Positions 21,209 to 31,165 are shown, numbered from the stretch's first letter. The stretch: DNA of 57,147 nt from Sphingobacteriaceae bacterium (GCA_046074005.1 JBJTNJ010000124.1:1-57147), one strand, 5' to 3'. The notes: a model not told the origin generated them from the sequence alone. Translations and numbers: made by a program.

Positions 21209-22668
21209 TAGTCTTGGAGCTTAAGGTTTTCGGTTAAAATTTCTTTATCATCAAAAGGTTGTTTTACCCCTTGTATATCTTGGTATTTTTCGTGCCCTTT
21301 ACCAGCTAGCAAAATAATATCGCCGGGTTGTGCCAAATGGCAGGCCGTTTTAATGGCTTCTCTACGATCGGTAATAGAAAGGGTTTTGCGCTTGTTGCTT
21401 GGCGATACGCCTGCTTCCATTTCACGAATAATTTCTTCTGGATTTTCGGAACGAGGATTATCGGACGTAAGAATTACTTTATCGCTGCCATCGCAGGCTA
21501 CTTGAGCCATAATTGGGCGTTTGGTCTTATCGCGATCGCCGCCACAACCAATAATGGTAATTACCTGCTCAGTACCTTTACGGATATCGCGAATGGTGTT
21601 TAATACGTTGAGGACAGCGTCTGGAGTGTGGGCATAATCTACAATGCCTACAACACCGTTAGGGGCTACTACATAGTCAAATCTACCTTCGGCACCGTGC
21701 AAACGACTAAGAGTCGTTAACACTTTTAGCTTATCCTGATCGAGCAACATAGCTGTTGCATATACAGCCAATAGGTTATAGGCATTAAAGCTGCCTACTA
21801 GTTTAAACCATACTTCCTCGTCGTCTATGTTAAGTAGCAGGCCATTAAATTGATTCTCAATAACCTTAGCACGGTAATCGGAAAGGTGTTTTAAGCTGTA
21901 TGTTTTGCTATGTGCCTTGGTATTTTGCAGCATTACCGAACCATTTTTATCATCGGCATTGGTTAAGGCAAAAGCGGTTTTAGGCAATCCATCAAAAAAT
22001 GCCTTTTTAGCTTTTAAATAACTATCAAAAGTTTGATGAAAATCTAAATGATCGTGCGTTAAATTGCTAAATACGCCTCCGGCAAATTGTAACCCTTCAA
22101 TGCGGTATTGTGCTACGGCATGGGAGCTTACTTCCATAAAGCAATAATCGCAGCCCGCATTTACCATTTTACGCAATAGCTCGTTTAAAGCAATGGGGTC
22201 TGGTGTAGTATGAGTAGATGGAACAATTTCTTGATTAATCTGATTTTGCACCGTGGATAGCAAGCCTACTTTATAGCCTAATTCTCTAAATAATTGAAAT
22301 AATAAAGTGGCCGTAGTGGTTTTACCATTGGTTCCGGTAATACCTACCAATTTTAATTCGCTAGATGGATGATCGTAAAAATTGGCCGCTACAATACCCA
22401 AGGCTTTAGCTGATTGATCTACTTTTAGATAATGTACACCCTCTATTAAATCAACAGGCAAACTCTCACACAGAATAGCGGTTGCACCTAAGGCGATGGC
22501 TTTGCCTATGAAATCGTGGCCATCGGTTTGTGTACCCTTAACGGCAACAAATAAGGTGCCTGGTTTTACCAAACGAGAGTCAAAAGCAATAGCCCTAATC
22601 CCCACATTGGTTGAACCAACCACCTGCTGTAAGGATACGCCATATATAAGATCTCTTAACTTTTTCAT
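21208..22668 (-). CDS. murE: UDP-MurNAc-L-Ala-D-Glu--2,6-diaminopimelate ligase
   Basis: 486 aa. P-loop GTNGKTTTA, and a DNPR motif (LTSDNPRSE) that indicates meso-DAP specificity. Confidence 0.95.
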   Translation of the reverse strand: MKKLRDLIYGVSLQQVVGSTNVGIRAIAFDSRLVKPGTLFVAVKGTQTDGHDFIGKAIALGATAILCESLPVDLIEGVHYLKVDQSAKALGIVAANFYDHPSSELKLVGITGTNGKTTTATLLFQLFRELGYKVGLLSTVQNQINQEIVPSTHTTPDPIALNELLRKMVNAGCDYCFMEVSSHAVAQYRIEGLQFAGGVFSNLTHDHLDFHQTFDSYLKAKKAFFDGLPKTAFALTNADDKNGSVMLQNTKAHSKTYSLKHLSDYRAKVIENQFNGLLLNIDDEEVWFKLVGSFNAYNLLAVYATAMLLDQDKLKVLTTLSRLHGAEGRFDYVVAPNGVVGIVDYAHTPDAVLNVLNTIRDIRKGTEQVITIIGCGGDRDKTKRPIMAQVACDGSDKVILTSDNPRSENPEEIIREMEAGVSPSNKRKTLSITDRREAIKTACHLAQPGDIILLAGKGHEKYQDIQGVKQPFDDKEILTENLKLQD

Positions 22669-24741
22669 TTAGTTTAATTCTAATACAATAGGTGAACCTT
22701 TGGCTAATTTTACACCCGGCGCAACCGACTGGCGGATCACTTTCCCGGTGCCTTTTGGAACCACTCTTAGGCCCACATTTCCGACTAAGAACATGGCATC
22801 TCTTAAACCCATACCTTGAACATTGGGCACTACACCTTCGTGATAAGTAGCTCCGCTATCGCTTACAGGAGTAGTGGCTTTGGAAACAATTGGAACACCT
22901 AATTTTCGAGCCAAATAACGGGTGGTTTCTGTATCGCTGGCTTTTACCGATGGAGCTTCCGAGCCTGCTAATTTTTGCTGCGCTACTGGCTTAAACATTT
23001 GAAAATCGTTGGCGTATACCATATCAGCTACCTCTCTAAATACAGGGCCGGCCACCACTGCGGCATAGTAAGCTCCTTTAGGATTATTGAGCACCACAAT
23101 CATGGAATATTTAGGATTATTGGCCGGGAAATATCCACAGAAAGAAGCTTGATACACTTTCTTGGCTTTATATCCCTGAGATCCATCGGCCACTTGGGCG
23201 GTACCGGTTTTACCGGCTACTTTATAGTAGGGATTTTTAATCACATCCTTACCTGTTCCTTCTTCTACCACCCCTTCTAACATTTTCTTAACCTTGCCAA
23301 GTGTTTCTTTGCTACACACCTGCTCATTAATTACACGAGCATTAAAGGTTTCTATCGGAGTACCCAAGCGTCTAATTTCACGCACGAAAAGTGGAGCAAT
23401 AGCTTTACCGTTATTGGCTACCGAATTATAAAAAGTTAGCATCTGCAGGGGCGTAAGGTTCATCTCATAACCATAGGCCATTTGCGCCACACTCATGCCA
23501 CTCCAAGAGCGATTACTAGGATTTTTTATAACGGGCATTCCCTCTCCCGGAATTTGTAAACCCAGTGGTTTATTTAACCCAAACTTGTATAGGTAGTCAG
23601 TAAACTGACGTGGGTTTTTAGCGTAATTATTATACACCAACATAGAAACCGCTACGTTAGATGAAACCTCAAAAGCTTTCTTAACGGTGATACTACCAAG
23701 CGGTCCGTGCGACTCTTTGATTGTATGATTAAATACAGTAAAGCCAGCATTTGGCGTGTTTACCACGGTATTGGTATCTACCTTTTTATCTTCTAATAAG
23801 GCCATATACGAGGCCAATTTAAAGGTAGAACCCGGATCTAAACTCTCGTGAATGGCATAATTAAATAATTCTTGGTACGTGCCATCTTTCGCTTTAGTAT
23901 AATTTGCAATAGCTCTAATTTCACCGGTATTAACTTCCATTAAAATCACACAACCGTGGTCAGCATCACTCTTTTTTAGTTGAGTAAGCAAGGCTCTTTG
24001 GGCTACGTCTTGTATGCCTATGTCGATAGTTGAAATAATATCTGCACCATCTTTAGTTTCAATTTCATTAGAACTATTTACCGGCACCCAAAAATTACCT
24101 GCAATTTTATACATCAAGCGTCTGCCCGATTCGCCATTTATGTATTTACCGTACGCTCCTTCTAATCCTACGGGCTGTACGTTGTCATTTTTATAACCAA
24201 TGGTACGAGCGGCTAAATCTTTAAAGGGCTTAATACGGTGGTTTTTCTGATCAATAATTAAACCTCCCCCATTGTTTTTCATGTTTAACATGGGGAACTT
24301 TTTAATCTGCAACATATCGGCATGCGACACATTTTTACAGATTAATTTATAACGCTCTTTGTTTTTACGACCCTCTCTAAGGAAGCGGCTGTATTCTGAA
24401 GGGGTTTTATCTTTTAAAAAGGCAGATAGGCTGGCTGCTAAAGAATCTACTTTCTCGTCAAATACGTTATCGTCTTCAATACCGGTAGCTAATAAATCTA
24501 TGCGGATATCGTACTCCGGAACCGACGTGGCCAACAAACTACCGTCCACACCATAAATATTGCCACGTACTGCTTCTACTGTTTTAAATTGAGTAGCCGA
24601 ACTTTTTGCCTCTTTACGCCAATGTGCACCCTGGATAACTTGAACCTGAAACAATTTAAATAGCACGGCAGCCGCAAAAAGTACAATAAGACCAAATGCG
24701 AAATATACCCGGGCTAATATGTCGGTTCTAATGCTACTCAT
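22669..24741 (-). CDS. ftsI: Penicillin-binding protein 3 (FtsI) with C-terminal PASTA-like domain
   Basis: 690 aa. N-terminal TM anchor, SxxK (STFK), SxN (SSN) and KTG (KTGT) motifs. The last 60 or so residues (VVPNVQGMGLRDAMFLVGNVGLRVV...GSPIVLEL) look like a PASTA domain. Confidence 0.9.
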   Translation of the reverse strand: MSSIRTDILARVYFAFGLIVLFAAAVLFKLFQVQVIQGAHWRKEAKSSATQFKTVEAVRGNIYGVDGSLLATSVPEYDIRIDLLATGIEDDNVFDEKVDSLAASLSAFLKDKTPSEYSRFLREGRKNKERYKLICKNVSHADMLQIKKFPMLNMKNNGGGLIIDQKNHRIKPFKDLAARTIGYKNDNVQPVGLEGAYGKYINGESGRRLMYKIAGNFWVPVNSSNEIETKDGADIISTIDIGIQDVAQRALLTQLKKSDADHGCVILMEVNTGEIRAIANYTKAKDGTYQELFNYAIHESLDPGSTFKLASYMALLEDKKVDTNTVVNTPNAGFTVFNHTIKESHGPLGSITVKKAFEVSSNVAVSMLVYNNYAKNPRQFTDYLYKFGLNKPLGLQIPGEGMPVIKNPSNRSWSGMSVAQMAYGYEMNLTPLQMLTFYNSVANNGKAIAPLFVREIRRLGTPIETFNARVINEQVCSKETLGKVKKMLEGVVEEGTGKDVIKNPYYKVAGKTGTAQVADGSQGYKAKKVYQASFCGYFPANNPKYSMIVVLNNPKGAYYAAVVAGPVFREVADMVYANDFQMFKPVAQQKLAGSEAPSVKASDTETTRYLARKLGVPIVSKATTPVSDSGATYHEGVVPNVQGMGLRDAMFLVGNVGLRVVPKGTGKVIRQSVAPGVKLAKGSPIVLELN

Positions 24742-25147
24742 CTGTGGCTTTAACTACAATTTTTTTAGGCGGTTCCACTGGCTCTACAATGCCCAGGGTA
24801 TCTACCAATTTTGCAATCTCTGATTTGGTGCTTTTGAGCATCAATTCGGCTTTTAATACTTTATACTCTGCACTTAGCAATTTTACCTCTTTGCCTAGCT
24901 CACCAATGTGTCGGATATTATTTTCCGCATAATGACGATTGCCGATATAGGCCATGCCCAATAAGGATAAAAACACAATAAAAGGCATCGCAGCCAATAC
25001 CGCTTCTTGAGAAACTACCCCTTCGGTAAATAAGGTGAGCAAAAAACCCTTGGGCGCTTGCGGTTTCGGCTCTGGAGGTAATATTTCCTCTGGAGTTTCG
25101 AACAATTCTTGTTCTTCTATTGGCTCATTTTTAAAACGATTTCCCAT
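24734..25147 (-). CDS. FtsL-like cell division protein (Bacteroidota FtsL_2 type)
   Basis: 137 aa with one central TM helix followed by a coiled-coil-like segment. It sits between rsmH and ftsI and overlaps ftsI by 8 nt. Confidence 0.6.
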   Translation of the reverse strand: MGNRFKNEPIEEQELFETPEEILPPEPKPQAPKGFLLTLFTEGVVSQEAVLAAMPFIVFLSLLGMAYIGNRHYAENNIRHIGELGKEVKLLSAEYKVLKAELMLKSTKSEIAKLVDTLGIVEPVEPPKKIVVKATDE

Positions 25148-25159
25148 TCCCTTCCCTCC

Positions 25160-26062
25160 TTATCTTTTTATAGCTATGCGTAATTTTGCACTTCTAGCTC
25201 TACTATTTTGCTCTACTTCGGCAGCACTTGCTACCACCGCTTTGCGGCTAAGCACATCAAAAGGCTTTACTTCGTTGCCAAAAAAATCTTTTTCCACTTC
25301 GCCTCTAAATTTTCCCTTGGCCAAGAAATTCTTCACTAAGCGGTCTTCTAAAGAATGGTAAGACATAACCACCAAGCGACCGCCCGATTTTAATACCTCT
25401 ACCGATTGTTCTAGAAATTCTTGCAGCGCTTCTAACTCTTGGTTTACCTCAATGCGCAAAGCCTGAAATACTTGAGCTAGGTATTTATTCTCTTTCCCTC
25501 TTGGAATTAATTTTGCGATAGCCTCTTTTAACTGACTTACCGTATCTATCGGGGCATTCAACCGAGCGGTAACAATGGTTTTTGCTAGCGTTTTAGCATT
25601 GTGTAACTCACCGTACATACCAAAAATGCGGTGCAAATCTTCTTCAGAATAGGTGTTTAGCACCTGTTTAGCTGTTAAGAGAGCAGTACGATCCATGCGC
25701 ATGTCTAAATCTGCATCGAAGCGAATAGAAAAACCGCGGTCGGCCTCGTCAAACTGATGAGAAGAAACACCCAAATCGGCTAAAATACCATCGGCAGGGA
25801 GTGCCCCGTGCAGGCGGCAGTTATTTTTAAAGTAGCGGAAATTTTGATCGACAAATACAAAACGCTCGTCGGTTGGAATGTTTTGCTGTGCTGCTTCGTC
25901 TTGGTCAAATGCAACTAATTTTCCTTTTGGACCCAGTTGTTTTAGAATTGCTTTAGAGTGACCACCGCCGCCAAACGTAACATCCACATAAATCCCGTCA
26001 GGTTGAATAGCCAAACCTTCAAGGCATTCTTGCAACATTACCGGAACGTGGTAATCAGTCAT
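25160..26062 (-). CDS. rsmH: 16S rRNA (cytosine1402-N4)-methyltransferase
   Basis: HVPVML N-terminus and SAM motif TFGGGGHS. Start taken at MTDYHVPVML (26062). The ORF-track start at 26083 is possible but adds 7 residues that are not conserved in the family. Confidence 0.93.
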   Translation of the reverse strand: MTDYHVPVMLQECLEGLAIQPDGIYVDVTFGGGGHSKAILKQLGPKGKLVAFDQDEAAQQNIPTDERFVFVDQNFRYFKNNCRLHGALPADGILADLGVSSHQFDEADRGFSIRFDADLDMRMDRTALLTAKQVLNTYSEEDLHRIFGMYGELHNAKTLAKTIVTARLNAPIDTVSQLKEAIAKLIPRGKENKYLAQVFQALRIEVNQELEALQEFLEQSVEVLKSGGRLVVMSYHSLEDRLVKNFLAKGKFRGEVEKDFFGNEVKPFDVLSRKAVVASAAEVEQNSRARSAKLRIAIKR

Positions 26063-26522
26063 TTGCGGCCCTCCTTCCGGCATTGCCCATCACCTCTTCG
26101 GCTAGGTTAGCAAAGTTTTCCGGCTCGTTATCTAATTGAGCATCGTAGGCATCTTTAGCCCAGATTTCAATTTTATTAAATTGACAAGAAAGCACTACCT
26201 CTCCGGTAATACCTCCGTATTCTAATAAAGATTTTGGCAACAATACTCGGTTGGCGGCATCCAAGCTAAGCTCTGAAGCACCCCGAGTAAAATAACGGAT
26301 GAACTCACGAGTTTTCTTTTCGTAAGGATTTAAATGAGATAACTCGTCCACAATCACTTCCCACTCTTTTCGAGTATACACTACCAAGTGCTTTTCAAAA
26401 CCACGGTTAATCACCAAACCTTCACGCTCTGCGTCGGGCAATTGCTTTTTCAAGCCAGCCGGAATCATGAGCCTGCCTTTGGCGTCCAGTTTACAATCAA
26501 ATTCTCCTAAAAAATGAGCCAT
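26055..26522 (-). CDS. mraZ: Transcriptional regulator MraZ
   Basis: 155 aa from MAHFLGEFDCKLDAKGRLMIP. It has two SpoVT/AbrB-type repeats (DAKGRLMIP and DAANRVLLP). The 28-aa N-terminal extension in the ORF track (to 26606) covers the promoter/operator DNA and is rejected. Confidence 0.9.
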   Translation of the reverse strand: MAHFLGEFDCKLDAKGRLMIPAGLKKQLPDAEREGLVINRGFEKHLVVYTRKEWEVIVDELSHLNPYEKKTREFIRYFTRGASELSLDAANRVLLPKSLLEYGGITGEVVLSCQFNKIEIWAKDAYDAQLDNEPENFANLAEEVMGNAGRRAAND

Positions 26523-26566
26523 GTAGCTTTTTGTGGTTTTTAGCAAGAGTAAAATTACGGAGATTC

Positions 26567-26622
26567 TCCACTTTTTACCACAATCTCCCACAAAAAAGTT
26601 TTCCACATTCTATTTTTCCCAC
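26567..26622 (-). promoter_or_regulatory. Candidate MraZ operator: five GTGG(G/A/T) boxes, three with exact 10-bp phasing
   Basis: The minus strand reads GTGGGaaaaatagaatGTGGAaaacttttttGTGGGagattGTGGTaaaaaGTGGA. On the plus strand the CCAC cores start at 26568, 26578, 26588, 26603 and 26619. The array lies 45-100 nt upstream of the mraZ ATG, next to a near-consensus TAATTTTA box. Confidence 0.5.
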
Positions 26623-26630
26623 TAAGGCAT

Positions 26631-26666
26631 AAAAAAACCCACTCCGGCAGTACCAGATTGGGTTTT
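26631..26666 (-). terminator. Rho-independent terminator after pgk
   Basis: Stem aaaaccca/tgggtttt around a 17-nt loop, with a 7-T run on the minus strand, 26 nt downstream of the pgk stop. Confidence 0.6.
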
Positions 26667-26691
26667 AAGTGCGTGGGGAATTTTTTAAGGA

Positions 26692-27882
26692 CTAGCTATT
26701 TATCGCCTTTACACCGGGTAGTTCTTTCCCTTCCATGTATTCTAGCAAAGCCCCGCCGCCTGTAGAAACGTAGCTTACCTGTTCGGTTAAGTGGAATTTA
26801 GAAACGGCTGCTGCCGAATCGCCACCACCTATTAAAGAGAAAGCGCCTACTTTGGTAGCCTCAACTACCGCTAAGGCCACGGCCTTGGTTCCTTTCTCAA
26901 ACGTTTCGAATTCAAAAACACCCATAGGACCATTCCAAAGCAAGGTTTTCGATTGCTTAATTACTCCTGCAAAATTTTCGGCAGTTTTGGGGCCAATATC
27001 TAAACCCATCCAATCGGTAGGAATTGCCGCTGTTGGGCATACCTGAGTGCTTGCCTCATTAGAAAAGGCATCCGCTATCAAGGTATCTATAGGCAAATGG
27101 ATTTTCACACCTTTTTCTGCCGCCTTTCTCAAAAGTGAATTGGCTAAATCTAATTTATCGTCTTCACAAATAGAGGTGCCTATTTGGCCACCTTGCGCTT
27201 TTACAAAGGTATAGGCCATGCCTCCACCAATAATTAGGTTATCTACTTTAGTGAGCAATTGCTCTATTAAGAGAATTTTATCTGAGACTTTTGCCCCACC
27301 CATAATAGCGGTAAAGGGTCGCTCGGGGTGGTTTAACACTCTTTCTGCATTTTCTAATTCAGCCGCCATAAGGTAACCGAAATATTTTGCTTGCGGGAAA
27401 AATTGTGCAATAATAGCTGTCGAAGCGTGGGCTCGGTGTGCGGTACCAAAGGCATCGTTTACATATACATCGCCCAAGGCAGCTAATTTTTCTGCAAAAG
27501 CCACATCGCCCTTTTCTTCTTCTTTATAAAAACGAAGGTTTTCTAAAAGCAATACTTGCCCTGGCTCAAGTTTTGCGGCTTGTTCTACTGCGGAAGCGCC
27601 TATACAATCATCGGCAAATGCTACCGAACGATTTAAGACTCTGGATAAATAGGCTACGATATGTTTTAGGGAAAATTTATCGGCAGGACCATTCTTGGGT
27701 CTGCCCAAATGCGACATTAGAATTACCGAACCGCCATCATTTAAAATTTTAGTAATGGTAGGTAGAGCACCTTGAATACGATTATCATCTGTTATTGTGA
27801 AATTTTCATCAAGAGGTACATTAAAATCTACCCGAATAAGGGCTCTTTTTCCTGAAAAATTTATCGAGTCTACTGTTTTCAT
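26692..27882 (-). CDS. pgk: Phosphoglycerate kinase
   Basis: 396 aa. RVDFNVPL N-terminal motif and the C-terminal GGGDSAAAV...STGGGA motifs. Confidence 0.97.
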   Translation of the reverse strand: MKTVDSINFSGKRALIRVDFNVPLDENFTITDDNRIQGALPTITKILNDGGSVILMSHLGRPKNGPADKFSLKHIVAYLSRVLNRSVAFADDCIGASAVEQAAKLEPGQVLLLENLRFYKEEEKGDVAFAEKLAALGDVYVNDAFGTAHRAHASTAIIAQFFPQAKYFGYLMAAELENAERVLNHPERPFTAIMGGAKVSDKILLIEQLLTKVDNLIIGGGMAYTFVKAQGGQIGTSICEDDKLDLANSLLRKAAEKGVKIHLPIDTLIADAFSNEASTQVCPTAAIPTDWMGLDIGPKTAENFAGVIKQSKTLLWNGPMGVFEFETFEKGTKAVALAVVEATKVGAFSLIGGGDSAAAVSKFHLTEQVSYVSTGGGALLEYMEGKELPGVKAINS

Positions 27883-27909
27883 ATATGCTATATTAAGGCG
27901 CTAAATTAC

Positions 27910-28353
27910 TTATTTAATTGGTTTTAACGATAAATACATGGCTTTATGTGGGCCAATTCCAGGAATATCGAAGGTTTCGGAAATAAAGGAGAACCCTAGA
28001 TTCTGATAAAAAGGAAAAGCTGCTTCACGGGCATTGCACCATATATAATCTACACCCATTTGTTGTAAATACTCCAAAGAAAAGCGAACTAATTTCGATC
28101 CCAAACCTTTACTTTGATACTCCGGATAGGTGGCCATGCCTCTTAATTGATAGCCTAGGCCGGGGTATCCTTCACGAACTTGTGGCAAAAAGCTAGCCGC
28201 ACAAACTACTTGCTCGTTTTGCACTACTCCTAAATGAAAAGATTCGGAATTGTTATCGCCAACAAATACACAATCTTGAGGCGCTTTTTGGCCATTTCGT
28301 AAAACAGCTGCCCGTAAAGGCAATACGTCTACTGCTTTAATAAAACGGATCAT
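27910..28353 (-). CDS. GNAT family N-acetyltransferase
   Basis: 147 aa with the acetyl-CoA-binding motif QLRGMATYPEYQSKGLGSKL (Q/RxxGxG/A) and the C-terminal FYQNLGF. Confidence 0.8.
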   Translation of the reverse strand: MIRFIKAVDVLPLRAAVLRNGQKAPQDCVFVGDNNSESFHLGVVQNEQVVCAASFLPQVREGYPGLGYQLRGMATYPEYQSKGLGSKLVRFSLEYLQQMGVDYIWCNAREAAFPFYQNLGFSFISETFDIPGIGPHKAMYLSLKPIK

Positions 28354-28355
28354 AC

Positions 28356-29351
28356 TTAATGGGCTGCGGACAATTTTAAGGCAAGCTCTACCAATCTATT
28401 GGAATAACCAACCTCATTATCGTACCAGCCTACCACTTTCACTAGGCCGCCCACCACCGAAGTAAGTTGGGCATCGAAAATGCAGGAATGCGGATTATCT
28501 AAAATATCGACCGAAACTATAGGGTCTTCGGTATAGGCTAAAATGCCTTTTAAGTCGTTTTCGGAAGCTTTTTTAAACGCTGCATTAATTTCGGCAACAT
28601 CTACAGGCTGCTTTAAGGTGCAGGTAAAATCGGTTAAAGAGCCATTTAATACCGGCACCCGAATACCTGCCCCTCCAAGCTTTCCTTCTAAATGCGGAAA
28701 TATGGTGGTAATGGCTTTAGCTGCTCCGGTAGTGGTTGGAATAATAGAGGCAGAGGCTGCTCTTGCTCTTCGTAAATCTTTATGAGGCGCATCGTGCAAG
28801 TTCTGATCGCCCGTAATGGAGTGAACAGTAGTAATGTAGCCATCTACAATGCCCCATTGTTCATCGAGTACTTTTATGAGTGAGGCTACATTATTGGTAG
28901 TACACGAAGCATTGGATAAAATAGGTGCCTTTAAATTAAGCTGATGCTCGTTTACACCTAAAATTACCGTTGGAATGCTTTTATCGGCTGAAGGGGCTGA
29001 AATAAGCACTTGTTTTGCACCACCTGTTAGGTGCGCATTGGCTAGCTTTTTGGTTGTAAAATGGCCGGTTGATTCAATCACCAAATCGATAGCCAATTCT
29101 TTCCAGGCTAGGTTTTCAGGATTTTTCTCAGAGAAAATTTGAATGGACTGCCCATTAATTTGTAAGTGATTGTTTTTCACTTCTACAGTACCGGCAAAAG
29201 GGCCATGCACCGAATCGTATTTAAATAAATGAGCAAGCGTTTCGGCGTCGGCTACATCGTTAATAGCCACCACCTGCAAGCTTTGTTGCTGCAGGGCTGC
29301 ACGCAAAAAAGTGCGTCCAATTCGTCCGAAACCGTTAATGGCTACTCTCAT
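28356..29351 (-). CDS. gap: Type I glyceraldehyde-3-phosphate dehydrogenase
   Basis: NGFGRIGR Rossmann motif and catalytic SNASCTTN. Start taken at MRVAINGFG; the ORF-track start (29360) adds 3 residues. Confidence 0.95.
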   Translation of the reverse strand: MRVAINGFGRIGRTFLRAALQQQSLQVVAINDVADAETLAHLFKYDSVHGPFAGTVEVKNNHLQINGQSIQIFSEKNPENLAWKELAIDLVIESTGHFTTKKLANAHLTGGAKQVLISAPSADKSIPTVILGVNEHQLNLKAPILSNASCTTNNVASLIKVLDEQWGIVDGYITTVHSITGDQNLHDAPHKDLRRARAASASIIPTTTGAAKAITTIFPHLEGKLGGAGIRVPVLNGSLTDFTCTLKQPVDVAEINAAFKKASENDLKGILAYTEDPIVSVDILDNPHSCIFDAQLTSVVGGLVKVVGWYDNEVGYSNRLVELALKLSAAH

Positions 29352-29375
29352 ACGAAGCAAATGTAGGAGATTTTG

Positions 29376-30371
29376 CTAGGAGTTGATGGCATTCCACAAC
29401 AAATCTTTTAATTCGGTAATGCCTTTTTGAGCAACAGACGAAATAAAGATGTGTGGAATATTGGGGAGATCTTTGGTCATTTCTTGGGTTAATTCTTCAT
29501 CCAATAAGTCGCTCTTGGTTATGGCTAGCACCCTAGGCTTATGCATTAGCTCGGGATTGTAAGCTTCTAGCTCATTGAGCAAAATTTGATATTCTTCGGC
29601 AATAGTTCTGCTGGTATCGGCCGGCACCATAAATAACAAGACCGCATTTCGCTCAATGTGGCGCAAAAATCTAAATCCAAGTCCTTTACCTTTCGATGCT
29701 CCCTCGATAATTCCAGGGATATCGGCCATAATAAATGATTTACTACCACGATAAGAGACAATCCCTAAATTAGGCACCAAGGTAGTAAAAGCATAATCGG
29801 CAATTTCGGGCTTAGCGGCAGAAACTACTGATAATAAGGTGGACTTTCCGGCATTGGGGAAACCGACCAAACCTACATCGGCCAATACTTTTAACTCCAA
29901 AATCATCCACTCTTCTTTACCTGGTTCACCGGGTTGTGCAAAGCGTGGGGTTTGCTGGGTGGCCGATTTAAAGTGCCAGTTTCCCAACCCACCGCGGCCA
30001 CCGTGAGTTAAAATTCGGGTTTCACCGTCTTCGGTAATTTCGAAAAGGATTTCGCCGGTTTCGGCATTTCTAGCTACGGTTCCTAGCGGTACTTCCAAAA
30101 TATCGTCTCTACCGGTTTTTCCGGTACGCAAAGCGGGTTCACCATTGCCCCCGTCACCTGCAATTACGTGCTTACGATATTTAAGGTGCAATAGTGTCCA
30201 TAACTGAGCATTTCCTTTCAATACGATATGGCCACCACGAGCACCATCGCCACCATCGGGGCCACCCTTAGACGTGTTAATATCGCGATGCAAATGCGCA
30301 GACCCTGCCCCTCCTTTTCCAGAACGGCAACAGATTTTTACATAGTCAACGAAATTTGAACCTTGCGACAT
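29376..30371 (-). CDS. obg: GTPase Obg/CgtA
   Basis: 331 aa. Glycine-rich Obg fold ([13 protein letters not shown]) followed by G1 GFPNAGKST and G3 DIPG motifs. Confidence 0.95.
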   Translation of the reverse strand: MSQGSNFVDYVKICCRSGKGGAGSAHLHRDINTSKGGPDGGDGARGGHIVLKGNAQLWTLLHLKYRKHVIAGDGGNGEPALRTGKTGRDDILEVPLGTVARNAETGEILFEITEDGETRILTHGGRGGLGNWHFKSATQQTPRFAQPGEPGKEEWMILELKVLADVGLVGFPNAGKSTLLSVVSAAKPEIADYAFTTLVPNLGIVSYRGSKSFIMADIPGIIEGASKGKGLGFRFLRHIERNAVLLFMVPADTSRTIAEEYQILLNELEAYNPELMHKPRVLAITKSDLLDEELTQEMTKDLPNIPHIFISSVAQKGITELKDLLWNAINS

Positions 30372-30384
30372 ATTTTATTTTTAT

Positions 30385-30424
30385 ATAAAAAAAGCGGATA
30401 AGCAGGCTAGGCCACCATCCGCTT
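30385..30424 (-). terminator. Rho-independent terminator after adk
   Basis: 8-bp stem aagcggat/atccgctt followed by a T-run on the minus strand, between the adk stop (30443) and the obg start (30371). Confidence 0.7.
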
Positions 30425-30442
30425 CTATTAGTTTTAAGTGCT

Positions 30443-31015
30443 TTATAGTGTATCAACTACTTGGCGTAGCGAAGCGAAAATTTCGTCGATTTGACCAATA
30501 CCGCCAATACTATAGAATTTGTTTTTTGCTTTATAAAAATTAGCTACCGGAGCAGTTTTGTTATTATACTCTACAATGCGTTTACGAATTACTTCGGGGT
30601 TTGCATCGTCGGGGCGGCCCGATTCTTTTCCTCTTAATAGTAAACGGCGCTCTAATTCATCGTCGGCCACTTCTAAAGCAATCATTCCGGCAATACCCGA
30701 TTTTTTGCTTGCCAACAAAGCATCTAAGGCCTCTGCTTGTGCAACCGTACGAGGGAAACCATCGAAAATAAAACCTTTGGCATTTTTATTACTGTCTAGC
30801 TTATTGCTAATCATGCCAATTACCACTTCGTCGGGAACCAAAATGCCTTGATCCATTAACTTCTTGGCTTCTACACCCAATTCGGTGCCTTGAGCAATTT
30901 CATTTCGTAGTAAATCGCCTGTAGAAAGGTGTATTAATTGATATTGATCAATTAAGTTCTGCGATTGAGTTCCTTTACCAGCACCCGGAGGGCCGAATAA
31001 TACTAGGTTGAGCAT
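30443..31015 (-). CDS. adk: Adenylate kinase (short-lid form)
   Basis: 190 aa. P-loop GPPGAGKGT. The lid region is short and has no Cys4 zinc motif. Confidence 0.95.
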   Translation of the reverse strand: MLNLVLFGPPGAGKGTQSQNLIDQYQLIHLSTGDLLRNEIAQGTELGVEAKKLMDQGILVPDEVVIGMISNKLDSNKNAKGFIFDGFPRTVAQAEALDALLASKKSGIAGMIALEVADDELERRLLLRGKESGRPDDANPEVIRKRIVEYNNKTAPVANFYKAKNKFYSIGGIGQIDEIFASLRQVVDTL

Positions 31016-31034
31016 GAGCTTACACTAAAAAATT

Positions 31035-31069
31035 AAAAGCCCTTCCGATGTGTGGACGAAAAGGCTTTT
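31035..31069 (-). terminator. Possible terminator or processing hairpin downstream of tRNA-Arg
   Basis: 7-bp stem aaaagcc/ggctttt with a 21-nt loop, then ttttaatttttt on the minus strand. The large loop makes this weak. Confidence 0.35.
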
Positions 31070-31075
31070 TGATTG

Positions 31076-31149
31076 TGGACCTGAAGGGAGTCGAACCCCT
31101 AACCTCCTGATCCGTAGTCAGGTGCTCTATCCAATTAAGCTACAGGTCC
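31076..31149 (-). tRNA. tRNA-Arg (anticodon ACG)
   Basis: Hand-folded 74-nt cloverleaf: acceptor GGACCTG/CAGGTCC, D-arm GCTT...GAGC, anticodon stem CCTGA/TCAGG with loop CTACGGA (ACG), 5-nt variable loop, T-arm AGGGG-TTCGACT-CCCTT, discriminator A. CCA is not encoded. Confidence 0.9.
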
Positions 31150-31165
31150 ATTCCGGATCGGACTG

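Noticed and set aside
26523-26606. 28-aa N-terminal extension of the mraZ ORF.
   Set aside because: It covers the GTGG-box operator/promoter region. MraZ proteins are about 150 aa and begin near MxxGE/F...DxKGR.
26638-26642. A sixth CCCAC (GTGGG) box further upstream of mraZ.
   Set aside because: It forms the stem of the pgk terminator hairpin (26631..26666), so I do not count it as an operator repeat.
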